Shown here: positions 1-14,274 of the stretch, piece after piece
How the letters are laid out: each line of letters opens with the position of its first letter
Position numbering within the stretch: position 1 is the stretch's first letter
Origin: Kudoa neothunni
Lineage: Eukaryota; Animalia; Cnidaria
DNA: 64,000 bases
NCBI GenBank assembly: GCA_964304625.1
Contig: OZ199840.1
Coordinates: 9,470,882-9,534,881 of the forward strand
Direction of reading: 5' to 3'
Notes under the pieces: generated by a model
Databases searched by the model: none
Told to the model about the DNA's origin: nothing
Seen by the model: the letters and a program-made list of their open reading frames with translations, nothing else
Made by a program: the position numbers and the translations under genes

Positions 1-3000
1 GTAATGCGGGTTCTGATTCATCCAATTGATCTATTACGTTGCTGATTTTTATGATGAATTCGTGGATTCAGATACCCTTGGTTTTTGAAACTCCAATAGT
101 CTTTCTTACTTTAGCGCTGGGATCTTTCACAAAACAAGCAATAAAAAATCCTCCTGTATCTTGTAGATGAGGGTAGATTCGACGGCTATACAACATCAAA
201 TTGATATTGAATAAATATATTTCGGGAAGTGAAAATATTTTTAAGTATTTAGTATCAATTAAAAACTTCATAACAACATAAAACAGCTTACCAATAATGA
301 ATGTTGAAGTTTGAAATTTCTTCCGGGGTTAAACTGTCCTAAATAAATATTAATTTCAATCCAAACAATTTATGTACGGATTGTAAAAATATACTTCAAT
401 ACAGCTTTTAAAATTGAAATAAATTTAATTGTTTACGCAAAATTCACTGCGAACTAAAATATTTATAAATATAAAAAATATTATAACTTGTTTCATCAGA
501 ATTTCATTTGACAGATATTACCTATAGCTATTCTATGTTCAAATTATATACAATAGGTGGTGATCGACTTTCCGTGCTTTTTTTGATGCGAGCGCAAACA
601 ATTAAAATATTTTGTATTGAAGTGATATAATAAAGTTCATAATTATAAATTTGTAGAAAAAATGTTATCCTCTTAACATAAATTTAAGAAAATCTGGCGG
701 CTATGTATTTAGATCGCTGTCATTTTCAATAATGCAATTTTTAGTCGAAATACTATTGTAGTTGGACTTTGTAAAATACATAAATTATTCGTTGATTGAG
801 AGATAGTAATAAACTTGCAGAAGTTTTTTTTTTAAATATGAGAATGATGTTATATAATTTAGTTTCATGATGAAAAGTTAAGCTACTGAAATATAGATAT
901 AAATTTTAAATAGTGTTTATGAAATTATTATTTTAACAAATTAAGTATATTTTAAATGTTTCATCATCACTTTGTCTTTCTTTATTTACTCAAATTGAAC
1001 GGTTAAATTTTTTCAGTCGTTAAAAACCGTTAATTCTTGTGATGGCAAATCAAAGGATGATATAAACAACCCCTAGAATTGGACATATAAAATTAGCGCA
1101 TCAATCATTTTAGATCTCTTTTCTGGATGTGAATTGGATTCCAGGCGCAAATCAAAGTTTACTTTAGAAAATTTGTACATATTAAATAATCTGCATTGTT
1201 TTGTTGAGTGCATAATATAGTTTAATGTAAATTGTACAAAAAAAGGCGGTAGAAGATCTTGCAGCAATATCACTCAATTTGGTTTACCATTTATGATAGC
1301 AGTTTTGAGCGGATAAATGACCACTCAAGAAAATTAACCATTTTTAAATTAAGGCGCGCTGTATTACCATAAAATCTGATAAATGTAATAATTATTTTGA
1401 ATTGAATTTTTTTACACATTTAATTGTCAATTTTTATTTCATAGATTTTTAAAAGTCAATCGATCCTAATTAAAAAAATATTAATTTTATGATCAAAATA
1501 GCTATTGGACTCAATTTCATGAAAAAAAGCCACGTAACCTATGAGGAAGCCTCACAGAAGTTAAACTTCCCTCACTCATTAGTCAAAATTCTTGATTCAA
1601 ATAAGTTAATAGAAATAAGAAAGTGAAACCATAATTCTCATAGAGGTTAAAATTATTAAAAATTCAATCAATTAATTTTTAAAGCGAAACGAGATCCTTG
1701 CATATTGATTTTAAATTAAATGGAACTCGCTTCATTTATTCAATAAACATTATTATTTTATTTCAATATTGATATCCTAAACAAATAATTCCAAAAACAA
1801 AGAGAGAAACTCTCGTAGTTCCAGTCGAAATCACTCAACAAGATATTTATTAATGCCTTACCTAATTTTTAAACCATTAATTTGGCAATTATCAAAAGTA
1901 AACGAAAATAATCTCTGATTATACAGAGTAAAAAAAACTTTTTGAAATTTTAAACTGGATTAGAATAAAATTTAAATACAAAATTATTAAAATATTGTAA
2001 ATATTATAGGTGGGTCTAATAAAAATGCTGACGACGAAATATAATCATTCGAAATAAATATTGGTACTTTGAGTGAAGGTGGAATTATTCCGGGCTTGCA
2101 TTTTAGATTTGGTAAAATATCCGACGTATCAACTAAATTTATTTGACCTTTATCACAAAAACAATATTATTACAGATATAAAAATTAAAAGCAATCAAAT
2201 ATGGGATAACATTACCAGCAAATGATTTCAGAGCATACAAAACAACAGCCTCATTCTCAACAGGATTCATTGAACATGTCGAATATATTAAACGACCTCC
2301 TGGATTAAGCAGTTCGATCCCTCTCTTCAGGATTTGACACTGCAATCTATATCGATCAAATATAAAGAAATAAAAATAACACTTGGTTTAATTTTTCAGT
2401 GGGATTACTTTTGAAGACCCTTAGCCATAGACATTTTCCAATAGTTACTAGCGTGAATATTCTTTCTGATGGTGCCATCTCCACTAGATAGAGAAGATCA
2501 ATTCAGTTGGGTTCAAAGTTGCAAGAGAACACCAACCTGCAGGGTACGTCACATAAGATTCGATCAAACAATAAACGTTCGTTGGTTTCTTTGTTCAACA
2601 ACAGATCTGGATATACAGATGCATCATGCGATGTCACAATAAAGTTGGGCGAAGGTATTCTTTTTGTTTGATGAATGAGGGTGAAACAACGTGGCCTGCT
2701 GTCATCATTGGCTATCACAAATCCATCTAAATTGTACGTAGAAATAGATTATCAATAACAAAAATGTGACCAGGCGGGAATTCTATTGTCTGATGGTCTC
2801 CATCTTGTACAGCAAGACCATTCGCATGAATCAACTCAATTAGTTGAAGTGTTTTGGATCCAGGAGCTGCACACATATCCAAAACCTATCAAATGAACAA
2901 CATAAACATTAAAAAACTGAAATTCAGTCACAACTATTAAAACTACTTTATGATGTGGTTTCACATCAAGCAATAATGGTGGTATCATACTAACCGCTTC

Positions 3001-3509
3001 CTGTCTACTAAGAAGGCCCTACAGAAAACTGAAAACATCATTCCCATAGGCCGAACATACAAGTTCAGTTGCATTCATTAAAAACTTTCGAAATTTTCCA
3101 TAGGGCACAGAATTTTTTAACGATTTTTTGTTCATTTTTATCTCATAGCCATTGTCAAACCTTGGTGAGAATGTGATTTTGTTGGGGGATACAATGATTA
3201 CCATGGAATTTTTGTAATTGCACCAGACAATCCATCAATATATTTGTCTGTTAGTGGTTTGATTTCGTCGGTATAGGATTTGATCGCCGAATAACGAAAT
3301 GAAACAGGCAGTTCGAGCTTTAAACTTTCACAAAAATCGTCCCATTCGTTAGGTTCAATTAAACTCTTCAATATAAGCAGTTTAATATGTTAGTTACAAT
3401 AATCTACTTCGTAGTAACTAAGAAATGATTTATTTAATTGGAAAGCTTCTCTAGAAGAATTTTTTCGCTTTCTGTTGTCTGGATCGAGGGATTCATTAAA
3501 AGTCTCCAT
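1..3509 (-). CDS. NSUN2: tRNA (cytosine-5)-methyltransferase NSUN2/Trm4, multi-exon; 3' end runs off the window start
   Basis: Spliced translation gives the NSUN2 motifs [58 protein letters not shown] and [15 protein letters not shown]. Introns are GT-AG. ATG at 3509 is the most likely start. Confidence 0.93.
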
Positions 3510-3839
3510 GGTGTACCTCTAGACCACGTGGTCAATAAATGACATTTTATTTGATATCCTTTTTTTACGTTGTATCATTAATAACGCACGCGTCCAACGA
3601 TTTTTGTATTCTTTAATTTGATTGTAGATAAATTAATACTAGTTTTATTCATTAAATTATAGTTGAAAATGCACAAATCTACTATGAGGTTTCATGAATC
3701 GATGCATCAGAACTGATTTTTTATCTCATTTTGTCTGAGTTTATTATCACAACGCGTTAATTAATAGAGAAATACTCACAATTTATAATAATACAAAACG
3801 AGATCCGATTATAATATTACAAAACTATATGAGTGTGAA

Positions 3840-4451
3840 TTAACGACGTCTCTTTTTATTTTTTTTCTGCACAAGAGAATCCGTCGATGTTGTAGACGGT
3901 TTGCTTGTCGTACTATTCACTCGACATTTTAAATTAGGTATTGATTCACCAAGCATGTTGAGAATGATTCCTAAACCTCCACATAAAACTCATTTGTGAC
4001 AAAATTAATCAAACTTTTAGCATTTCTCCCGGGGTTTTTATTCTCAAGTTCGGTTAAATCAACTTTCACAAGCCCAATCATAGGATTGTCAATGTAGCTC
4101 CCTTTGGGATATTGTTTAGATCGCTATATTATATACAACCAATAACTGGCTATATCCAATAAAAACACGTACAACAACTGCAAATTCCATATTCAATGAT
4201 TTGAGAACTTGAGCTATCTCATCAATATTTGGATTGTGAACCGCCTAAAAGTCATTTTACAGTAAACTATGCATCATCCGAGTAATACTTTCGACGCTGG
4301 AACCCTTCTACCCATCGAAATTGACCTATCCCTATCAAGATAAGCCGGATAAATTGTGGTATATCTATTCGTTGGGTAGCGTATAATTTATTTTATTAGC
4401 TTAAATGATGTACGATTTAATTTTGTCAAGATCCACTTCAAACTGACTCAT
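3840..4451 (-). CDS. SRP19: Signal recognition particle 19 kDa protein (5 exons)
   Basis: Manual translation: IYPAYLDRDRSISMGRRVPASK / AVHNPNIDEIAQVL / KQYP / IPNLKCR, ending in a basic tail KKNKKRRR*. Not in the ORF track because the exons are short. Confidence 0.9.
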
Positions 4452-5454
4452 GTCTCACGATTAAACGCGAAAACAAACGAATAGATTAATTCCGATCTTT
4501 TTGGGGGACAAACAATTTTTCTCTGCGGAAATTTTAGGAAAAAATTAATTCAGTACTTGGAATATGTGTGTAGAATTATTTAGTATTTTTATCGTGTATG
4601 ATAAACTATTATTTCAGCATAACTTTATTTACCACCTCATTAATATTTATTAACTCATTTTGTTTGGCGTGGGCGTAACTTTGTTCTAAGACATTTTTTT
4701 TATATATCTAAAAAACTGGAAATTTTCGACTTTTATAATGAGGACCATAAAATAGGATTGGGCATAGTAAATTTGAAGAAGATATATGGAATATATTTTT
4801 ATAAATTTCCCAATAAACCTTATTTTGTTGCCTCGTGTATTTTTGTATCATAATAAGACAGGAAGAGTTCCTAGAATAAATCATTTTGAACAATAATTGT
4901 TAATTAAATGTTTATTTTTCTCAATAAATATTTTTAAAATGATTCCACCAATTAAAGAAATAAAATAAATTAATAAATATTCATGAATAATAACCTGAAG
5001 TTTAATTCCATTATTAAGTATTATATTTGATCGTCTAATGATATAAATTATTACTATTGTAGAACGGGTAGGTATGGTTTATTTTAATTACTCATTATAT
5101 TGTGTAGGCTTTCCTGTACTCCTAATTCGAAATTAAATAGGAAGGCTATAATAATCGCAAGGATCTTTGACGTATCGTGAACTTTCTTGCAGTTTGGAGG
5201 GGAACCTGACAGGAAGGTAGATCTCAGGAGCTCATAAACGTGGGGGTACGGGAACGAAATGAAACCCAATGGGAGGTTTCCGTAGAACCGACGCCCGCAT
5301 TCAGGTGACTCTCTCAGATTAATTCTGGGTTAATCCAGGGTATAGTTGAGGATGTTTACTGGATTAAAATTCCACAGTGCCGCGTAAACGTAAATCGCCT
5401 TAATATGACGCTGCGTTGTTTACAGCGAAAATGAAGAAGGTCTAACCAACCCGA

Positions 5455-5508
5455 AATTCACAACCTAACAAGAATTCACAACCTAACAAGAATTCACAAC
5501 CTAACACG
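5455..5508. repeat. Tandem repeat, 3 x 18 bp (AATTCACAACCTAACAAG)
   Basis: Directly visible; the third copy has one mismatch. Confidence 0.9.
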
Positions 5509-6346
5509 AAAGTTGCGCCAGGGGTTTGACCCTGTAAACAAAAAAATCACTTTAATGTAAAATATCTTGAATTAGATAAAAATAACAATAAAATCTAATT
5601 AAAGTAGCTTTATCAATTAATTATACCAATAATTAATGTTGGTTAGATAATTAATTTCATGTTATTGATACATATAGAATTTTTGTGGATAAAATAATAA
5701 ATACGTAAATATTAATTTAAACTATGAAAATTCTCTCCAAGTTTCGCAGTATTAACTCATAATTTCATGAAAAAATAAGCAGATATATGTATATATTATA
5801 TGCTCTTTTATTTATTTTATTAAAAAACTCCATATCCATTTGTCGCATAATAATGTTACATCTGCGAGAATTCAATCTTCTCTCATGTAATATAACGTGT
5901 TCATTAAATTCGACGATAAAACATTGAAATATTTTTATTTTAATTGAATAACTTTTATACCGACATTTTTTTACGTTAATTTTAAGGTCTAATTTTTAAT
6001 TGACGATTTTTTACCTCTTTATATATTAAATATCGATAAAATTTTAAAAAAAACTTTTCTGCGCATATTAAGAATCTATATTTTCTGTTTAGTTAGATTC
6101 AACTTAAATTTTTTTAATTGCCGATTTTTACATACAAGCTTGGCTTGAGAAACTCGTGAAGCAAACAAGCATTAAAAACAGAACCATTCAGTCCATTTGC
6201 TCCTATATAGTTTGATCTGAAATTTCATAGTACATATCAATATATCAATTAATAGATTGCATTTATTATCTACGTAAGACCGTTGATATGCTTAGAGGTC
6301 AATAATCAACGAAAATTACATCCATTTCACCTATGCAATTGATGTA

Positions 6347-6575
6347 GAGCACATGGCTCAGCTGTCATGGCATTGGAAAGCCAAGCCTGGGGTAGCAAGT
6401 TCAATCCCAACCTTCGTTAGACCACTGCATCTGCGCAGTTCTTCGCTGTTTGTAATAGAAATTGTGATTGCAACGTATGTTCATTATTATGCGTGATGTA
6501 CATGTATTTATAGAGAGTTTCCCAAGAGAGGGTTGGAGTAGGCATTAAGCATCTTACAATACTGATTCTGATTCC
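6347..6575 (+). mobile_element. tRNA-derived SINE-like element
   Basis: A-box-like TGGCTCAGCTG and B-box-like AGTTCAATCCC at tRNA spacing, no good acceptor stem, followed by a non-tRNA body ending in (CTGATT)2. Confidence 0.55.
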
Positions 6576-7139
6576 TAGCATTTTTTTTGAATTCGTGTAG
6601 TTAAATTGAATTTAGACTAAAAATCTTCATTATGTAAGTTGAAATTTTGTCTTATCAAATTACTAAAATTATTTAAGTTGATATTAAAAAACTGCGCGGT
6701 TGTTAATAGGAACGAATGTATTAAAATATACGTCGGATAAAAGGATATTAATTTGAACAATAACAATTTTTCATATCTATATTCTCAACCTAAATAATGT
6801 AATTTAATTTTTGGTTTCGCTTAACCAAGTCTTTAAGAGCATGACACTTCCAAAAATGAATAACGCATCTACTCAAGTATGAATCATGGAGGAATTTGGA
6901 ATAATTTTTCATGATTTTGGTTGGATCGTGGATAAGTAGCCCATCGAAAAGGAAAGTTTTCGGTTTATAAATTTTTAGCACACGCCAATGCAAAAAATAA
7001 AGATTATAGAATAAAACAACAAAATATTTAGTTCAAGTTCATATAATAAAGCTGGTATTTCTCAGATAATAAATTTCAAAAGTCAATGGTTTTCATCGAT
7101 TAAATAGGAGGAGGAGGAGGAGGAGGAGTCGATCTCCTC

Positions 7140-7473
7140 ACGTAGACATATCCTTTGCTCAGCAGTTATGGTATCGTGGTAAATTTTTTCATCGTTACTT
7201 TCTATTTTTTTAACCTCCCAAAGAATATCATCTTCGCTCCCATCTATTGAATTTGATATGTTGCATTTTTTGAATGACCTTTGGATAATTTCTGAATTTA
7301 TTTATTTCCCTCGAATTTTACAGTTAAATTAGAAAACTAAATTATTACGAAAAAATTATATACTTTACTACCAGCTATCCTTATTCTTAAGCTTGCACCA
7401 CTTGTATAAGTCACATGCGGACTTTAGAGTTATTTCTTTTAAAAGTGCGGCCTATATTCGAGTATATACGGTA
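7140..7473 (-). mobile_element. Internally deleted pogo/Tigger-like transposon remnant
   Basis: Minus-strand peptide IIQRSFKKCNISNSIDGSEDDILWE resembles pogo transposase C-termini. The terminus reads ...CGAGTATATACGG|TA. Confidence 0.55.
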
Positions 7474-7829
7474 ATTAGATTCTTTTAACAAGTTAATTGA
7501 AAGGATTCATATACACGTCCTTATTTTTTAAACACGTGTTATGACCAAATACTCCTCAACCCTTGAAAAGCTGAGCAATTCGCGTTAGAAAAGATTTAAT
7601 CGCGCATCCACATCCCTAAAATTGAAGGGTGAAAGGTTTGCGAGGGTAGATATTTTAGTTGTGATTGTTTCAAGGCTAGGATGTTTAATTTTCAACTACC
7701 ACAAAAAGATAATCAATCCCACCACATATATAAAGCTTAAATAATTAAAAGCTCACAGCAAACGTCAATCAAAATCAAGATATACACAGCGAATAAAACC
7801 AAGCGTAAAAATTTACAACATGAAACAAG

Positions 7830-9922
7830 TTATTGAATTTTATGAAAACGAACAACATTTTGGTTAGGCTAGAACAGAAACAATGAGATACGAACAAAAA
7901 ATCCGAATTTACAGTGCTATCTTGATTTTCTTCATTTTCATCAAAAAGTGTGAAGGCGTCTCTACTAAAAATTCCCTTATAAAAGCACTCCAAACAGTGG
8001 AACATACATTTCTTTGTTGCTTCTTTGGATGTGAATATTTGCGCTCTACACAAATAAAAGTAAATTTTAAAATGACATCAAAGACATACGCTCAATGGAA
8101 ATTTATTGACGCTCCCAGTGTCATCTTTGGGCAATTGTGAATAGTTGAAATTGAGCGATCCATAGATTTCAGTTTGAGCATTAGGATGAAGTACAATAAG
8201 CAAGAAAACGGCAATAGTGCATATGAGTGCGTGAAGTATCCAAAAAACTTCAAACAACGTCATTTTGTACACTCTACTGCAAGAGCTATATTTGAAAAGT
8301 TCAAGCATTTGCGGAAGAGTGAATGCTATCAGAATGAACGCAAGCAACACAACCACATATCCGAATCGTTTATAGAAAATGCCAATGTATTCCATTTGGG
8401 GAGATCTTCGTTGGAGTGAGTGGTTTACGGTGTTTCGTACATACACAAAACACAGCAAATAGATCAACACAGTGAACAGATTGTTGAATAGAAAAACAGT
8501 GTAGAGTGAAAGTCGACTTGCAGAGGTCGAAACATGGGTGAATATAGTGAGTGATGAGAACAACACCGCATAACAGGAGAATATCAATAGCGGTCTTCGC
8601 ATAGATAGATTTTGACTAAAATATTACACGTATTCAATCAAATGTTAAAAATCAACTACAAAAGTGTATACATTGGCAATATAGTGTAACCAACGGCCAC
8701 CAACAAAACAGTCACATCAATAGCAATACGTCGTAGAGAGGAGAGAATAGCAGCAATAACCATCACATTTCTCATCTCATAAATGGTGGACACATCACGA
8801 TTGAGACTTTCGTATGCTGAGATGTAGAAAAAACTCGCGAGCAACCCAGCCAACAATGAAATTCCAAGTATCGACTACAACAACAACAATCATGTTTATT
8901 TTTATACACAAAAACCTAAAAATCACATGCAATTTGTTTGTATTACGTCGGAGATAGACAAAATACACCGCACCCGTCAACACAATAAGAAAATAAAAGC
9001 AACATAGACACACATGAAACTATAACAACCAAAATTATGATTTGTTGTCAATCCCTCTATTATATTATATCTACTTTATAGACTGAATAATCGACAACTG
9101 TCAATTGGCCATGATCCGACTCAAATTCCACAAGCACTTTACCAAGTTGTTAAATCCAATCAATCAAAATATCCTGTTATTAATATAGATGAGAGAACTC
9201 ACTTTCGATAGAGACATTTTTTATGGGTTTTTCTGCATTGGTTGAAGGTTTCAATTGAATACTCAAAAAGTGAGAACCTTTATGTGAATTTTTTAAAATG
9301 AGTAAATCCTTTTTAGGGGCTTCTTTTTTATCATCGGCTTCTAGATCACACTTTTCTTTGGAAATATCACCATTTGGGAGTAATTTGTAAGAGGTGGACT
9401 CAAAAGATGAACCCTGATAGGTGTCTTTACAGGTGACTTTAACCGAACAATTTATAAGTTTATCTAGCTCCAACCTTACTCTAGGATCCTTAATCAATCC
9501 CATCCAATAAATCTTTCAAAACACAAATCTCACACATACTATCGATAAACATTCGTTGAATCCATAGGAAAATTGCATATAGAATGTATTGGTGGTGGAG
9601 TTGTCATCGGACTTTTTGCTATCGTCTTGAGCTTCGTTGCTGGAACATTTGACTAATTTCAATTTATAATCACACACTAATTTAAAAGCCGGCCTAATAT
9701 TACAAGACACCCTGAATTCATCATTTTCATACGATGTATGATTGTATACAGCTACGCTCTCCGATAGAATCTATTCGTATTCAATTGTGGAACAATTATT
9801 CCACCACAAAATACCATTTGTCTTGTATCTTTTAGGGGCAGTTCATAAAATGAATGAACATAATCCAGCTGGTTAAAAACAAGCATGCCCCACACAACAA
9901 TATGATAGGGTGAAAAAAACAT
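7830..9922 (-). CDS. TMEM87/GOST-family (lung seven-TM-like) membrane protein, multi-exon
   Basis: Signal peptide, luminal domain, then HGQLTVVDY followed by multiple TM helices. Segments LRRIAIDVTVLLVAVGY, LQRR..FYKRF and LIVLHPNAQ..YSQL parallel TMEM87. Acidic tail ends FHKIQ*. Confidence 0.7.
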
Positions 9923-11931
9923 CCCAGCTAATAACATCTACCAGCCTTATTGATAAATCCCTTTGATGGCCGCACGCATGCTTCAATACTATGTTAATGT
10001 TATAGGTATGTTCAACAATTAGCTTATTGCTCGTCAATACGTTCATGAAAAGAGGATTGTCATGTATAATTGTATAGATCACAGTTGTTCCGATTAAATT
10101 TTATATAATTAAAATTCTTATCACCATATTACACTACTTTTCTAATACAGATACACATATACACAGATCTCATAGATCCATAGATTACGACCTCGGCCGT
10201 TCAAGGAAGATTATATTCACTAAAAAATTGTTTATAGAAGAAAATAATCCTAAAGTTGCTAGTCTAATCGACAAATAACTATTTTAACCTTATTTACTTA
10301 TTTATTTATGATAAATTATAAACTCGCTTATACGGCATTTGTTATAAGATTTATATTTAAATGCGTTCATCCAATTATACTTAGATAAGGATGAATACTA
10401 TGCTAGTTGAATTATCACCTTTTCAAGAAATCAAAATAATAAAATTGTAAATCGCGTTGTTGTAATAATTTAGAATGATTCATAATAATTACTAATGAGT
10501 CATGATAATCTTTACGATTTATTATTTTAATATGTTATATTATATCACATATTTTAAGAAATTGGCGTAAAAACCTAGAGAATATTAAGTTGGGTTTGAA
10601 GAAGCTTTCATTAAAAAAATTAATGTTTACTGAGGTTATAATTTATAAATATCCAGGTGGATGCAATTTTGATTGAAGTTATTATTTTCACTTTTAACTG
10701 GAAAAGTGATGACTGAAAATAATTATATACAACAGATTGTGGAAAATAAGTTTTAAGTTTCCACTGTAAATGCCATTTAGAAGGGATTAAAAATGGATGT
10801 CGCGCGTGCGTATTCGTCATTTAGGATTAAAAATATCCGTGTCAATGGTCAGTGCTTACATTAAATCGAGAGCAGATTTTATGTTTAATCTGTTTATTCT
10901 GAGTTGATAGTTGATGTGAATTATGTATGATAATGTTTAGCTCAGGGCCCCCCCCCTTCTATTAGTATTGGGTTTGACACCCCCTACAACTGTATACTGT
11001 ATCGGCAAGAGACAATGCATTTTCGCGTTCGTGTTTTCACGAATTAAATACCATGCCGAAATTTATTTTAGCCATAAATCTCGGGTAAGGAGCGCGAACG
11101 AAACCATACTCATGGGTTTTGTATTTATGACTCCGTAAAGTTTGTACTAGTAATAAACTGATCCTTAAGAAAACAATAATAAATATTTTATGCTATTTAC
11201 ATTACGAAACCGTATTCTTAATAATTCTCCTCACTCCGAATTATATATTACATTCAAATCGATCTATTTGATTCTAGAACATAGAAATTTTTTATCACAA
11301 TTTCTAAAAATCGTGGACGTGGACGTGAACGTAATGAAAAATATAATGCGTGATGACGACAGATTTAAACGATAAAATAGTGGGATTTCCTAAGAAAAGA
11401 AACTTCTAGTGCTTGTTACTACATAACAAATGTTACTGGTTGATAGGAACTTAATTATTATGAGTTTATATTTCAAAAAATGTTCGAATTATGTGTTTAT
11501 TTTATTAAAGATATCGAAAAATATAGCTTAATGAGAACAAATTTTAATATTGATGTAAATTTGAATTTTCGGTGAAATATATTCTGGTTGATGGGTTGAC
11601 GATTGCCACCCATACATTTATGATTTATGATTTATATATAAACGATCTATTGAATTTTATACAAATAATTAAGTTGAGTAGGGAGATTTCGCCTCCATCT
11701 TTGGTAAATATGGATGGAAAATTGTCTCATTCTTTGATCTTAGTGCTGAACATCTTCCACGAATAGAAAGCACCATTATCTAAACTTTTTTTCACATCGC
11801 CAATATTTCAGAAAAACATCTCGAATAAAGGTTTAAAAATGCGAGTGTCGAGATTATTGAATATTCGAAATTTTAATACTGAGGGAGTCATTCAAATTTC
11901 GTGGGATTAGCTAAAACAGCGTGCATTTACA

Positions 11932-12646
11932 TCTATATATATAAAGTAGAAGTGTCCGTGTGTGATGTACGCATTCTTCATTCTTTATAGAGAGACGTAT
12001 CTCTCCATTTAAGCACACATATGGAAAGATAAAATTTTATTTTAACACAGAAAAATACGTAAAAAATTATGAAAGATTTACATCCTACAAAATGACTAAA
12101 AACATTTTCACGTGTTATAATTCGAAGATTTATGCAAACATATCGATTATTTCGTTATGTTTTAAAAAGTTTATTTTACTCCAAAATTTGTTTATAACGA
12201 ATAACAGAGACCTACCAGATAACTCATTGATTGCCGCGTTTTATATATTAATGCGTTACAAAGTTAAAATAAACTCATGTGATATTTATGTTTACTTTCT
12301 TAAACGTACATTTTTGTGAACTAACTATGTAAAACGTAACGATTAACGGTAAAGAAAACTAAATAGATCATATATTCACATATCAAACTTTGGTATTTCA
12401 GTAGATTATAAATACACGACGTAATATTACACTTCATAATCAAAAACTAATTAATAAATGTTTATTTTTAGATTTTACACCATTTTTATATTAGTTGAAT
12501 AAATCCAACTTTATTTGTGTAATCTTTGTTCTATTTGTCCAAATACTCTTAATTTACACTAAACTAAAAATATCCTTGGCCTACTCAAGGTTTTTGGGTA
12601 CTTGGCCGGGCAAGAAAGCTTACGCGAAGCGGGTCTTTTACGCCAG
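11932..12646 (+). mobile_element. Non-autonomous Helitron-like element A
   Basis: 5' end A|TCTATATATATAAA...GTGTGTG; 3' hairpin GCTT-ACGCG-AAGC followed by CCAG|T. A second copy of the 3' end, ending CTAG, lies inverted at 38066-38123. Confidence 0.6.
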
Positions 12647-12647
12647 T

Positions 12648-14274
12648 TCATATATATATATATATATATATATATAACTCTTATATCTGTCGGTGTATGT
12701 GTTTGCAGCAGCACGCATGTGCCATGGATAAACATTTTTTAAATACAACTTCTAGTTTGCATTTTAATAGATGATACCATTAATAAAAATAGTTCAATTA
12801 CTTAGAAGTATAAGTATAATAAATACTGCGGTCAGAACTTCTGACTCAGAAGTAAGGTATTTTCTGGTTGTTTACTCAAATAGCAGATTAAAAGTACCTG
12901 TATAATATTTAATAGTTGTTTACTTCAGAGTGATACTCAATTAGAATGAACTTTTACTTGCGATATACTAGGTAAATCCGTTAATCTTGGTATAGAATGT
13001 TTCAAAAATGTTATATATGCCTGTTTAGAGTAATTCTAAGACAAATAAAACACATAATTCAAGATTAAAGATGTGTGAAGAGTTCTCAAATAATTAAATT
13101 TTTGTGAAAATTTCTTTTTATCAAATATATCGATTGAGATTGAAACTATATTCGTCCTTCGATAAGTTTTTACTCATTTTTTGATTTTCCTAAACTCTTT
13201 TGAAAAACAGCTGACATCACTAATTCGATAAGTTTCTATACTTGATGAGATAATTTTTTAAATAATGTTTAAGTTCATAATTACCTAATTATTCCTTACC
13301 CTCAGACTTTAAGGTTAATATTCAAATCAGTATAATTGTTCTTTTCGCTAAAACTAATTCATTATGATATAAAAGCTGCATGAAAATATGCGACACCACA
13401 TTCTATACGTAGTTTAATAATTTATATTCACGATGACTTTTGCACAAAGTACAGTCCCCCTTCTATACGTGTCATATAAGTTAATACGAAATTATTGATC
13501 TATTCGATTAAACCGATATTATCACAAAGTTTTCGTTAATCCATGAATAGTTCAATACACAACGAAATTTTTTTTGGGGCAACCAAACAGTATGTTTATT
13601 TTTAAAGGGGTGCACTCCTTCGAGAAAACCAGTTTAAATTTAAAAATTTAAACATTACTGTAATTTTTCAAACCAAAAACACCTTTACATTTCAGGTTTA
13701 GATTTAATCTTATTTTGTTATTAAATTTATACATTTTTGAACCAATAAATATTATTGATAAAAAGCAAGGTTGGATTTATTTATAAATCGGGAAAATACG
13801 TTAAAATAGTGAATACGTAAGTTACCGCTCACAGCTTTTAAAAACCTTAATAACATCCTTTATAAAATCACAAAAAAGGAGTAACAATTAATATTTTTAT
13901 TTCTGACGCACGTTACGTCGATTTTATTTTTTTTATCGCAAAATTTTGAAGAGAACTGCAAGTCTTATTTAAGTTACCTAATGATTTTGTTTAATAAATA
14001 AATGAATTTTATCATTAATTAAATTGCTCATAAAATTAAGACCATTATTTTTTGGTCAATAATTTGTAAAATAAGCTTAAAAATACTCATTAATTTCTCT
14101 CAATACCTTTATTTATATTCGAATGGAAAGTGCGTACATAACTTGGTGTATCTAAATCATCACATTGCAAAAATAATGACAAGCTTTGAATGCAATAATT
14201 AAAATAGAAAAATTAAATTAAAAGTTAAAATTTTCCATCACACAGTACCAGGAAAAGCTGGGCCTTAGCGCTAG
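12648..14274 (+). mobile_element. Non-autonomous Helitron-like element B, directly head-to-tail with A
   Basis: Starts TC(AT)n...GTGTATGTGT; 3' hairpin CCAG-GAAAAG-CTGG followed by CTAG|T. The segment at about 13940-14274 recurs inverted at about 38142-38546. Confidence 0.6.

Noticed and set aside
5455-5508. Possible CRISPR or telomeric array
   Set aside because: No spacers, only three units, eukaryotic context, and not a pure TTAGG(G) run.
7883-8419. Plus-strand ORFs (also 15753-16203, 27225, 30563 and 51297-51868)
   Set aside because: Antisense shadows of real minus-strand genes.
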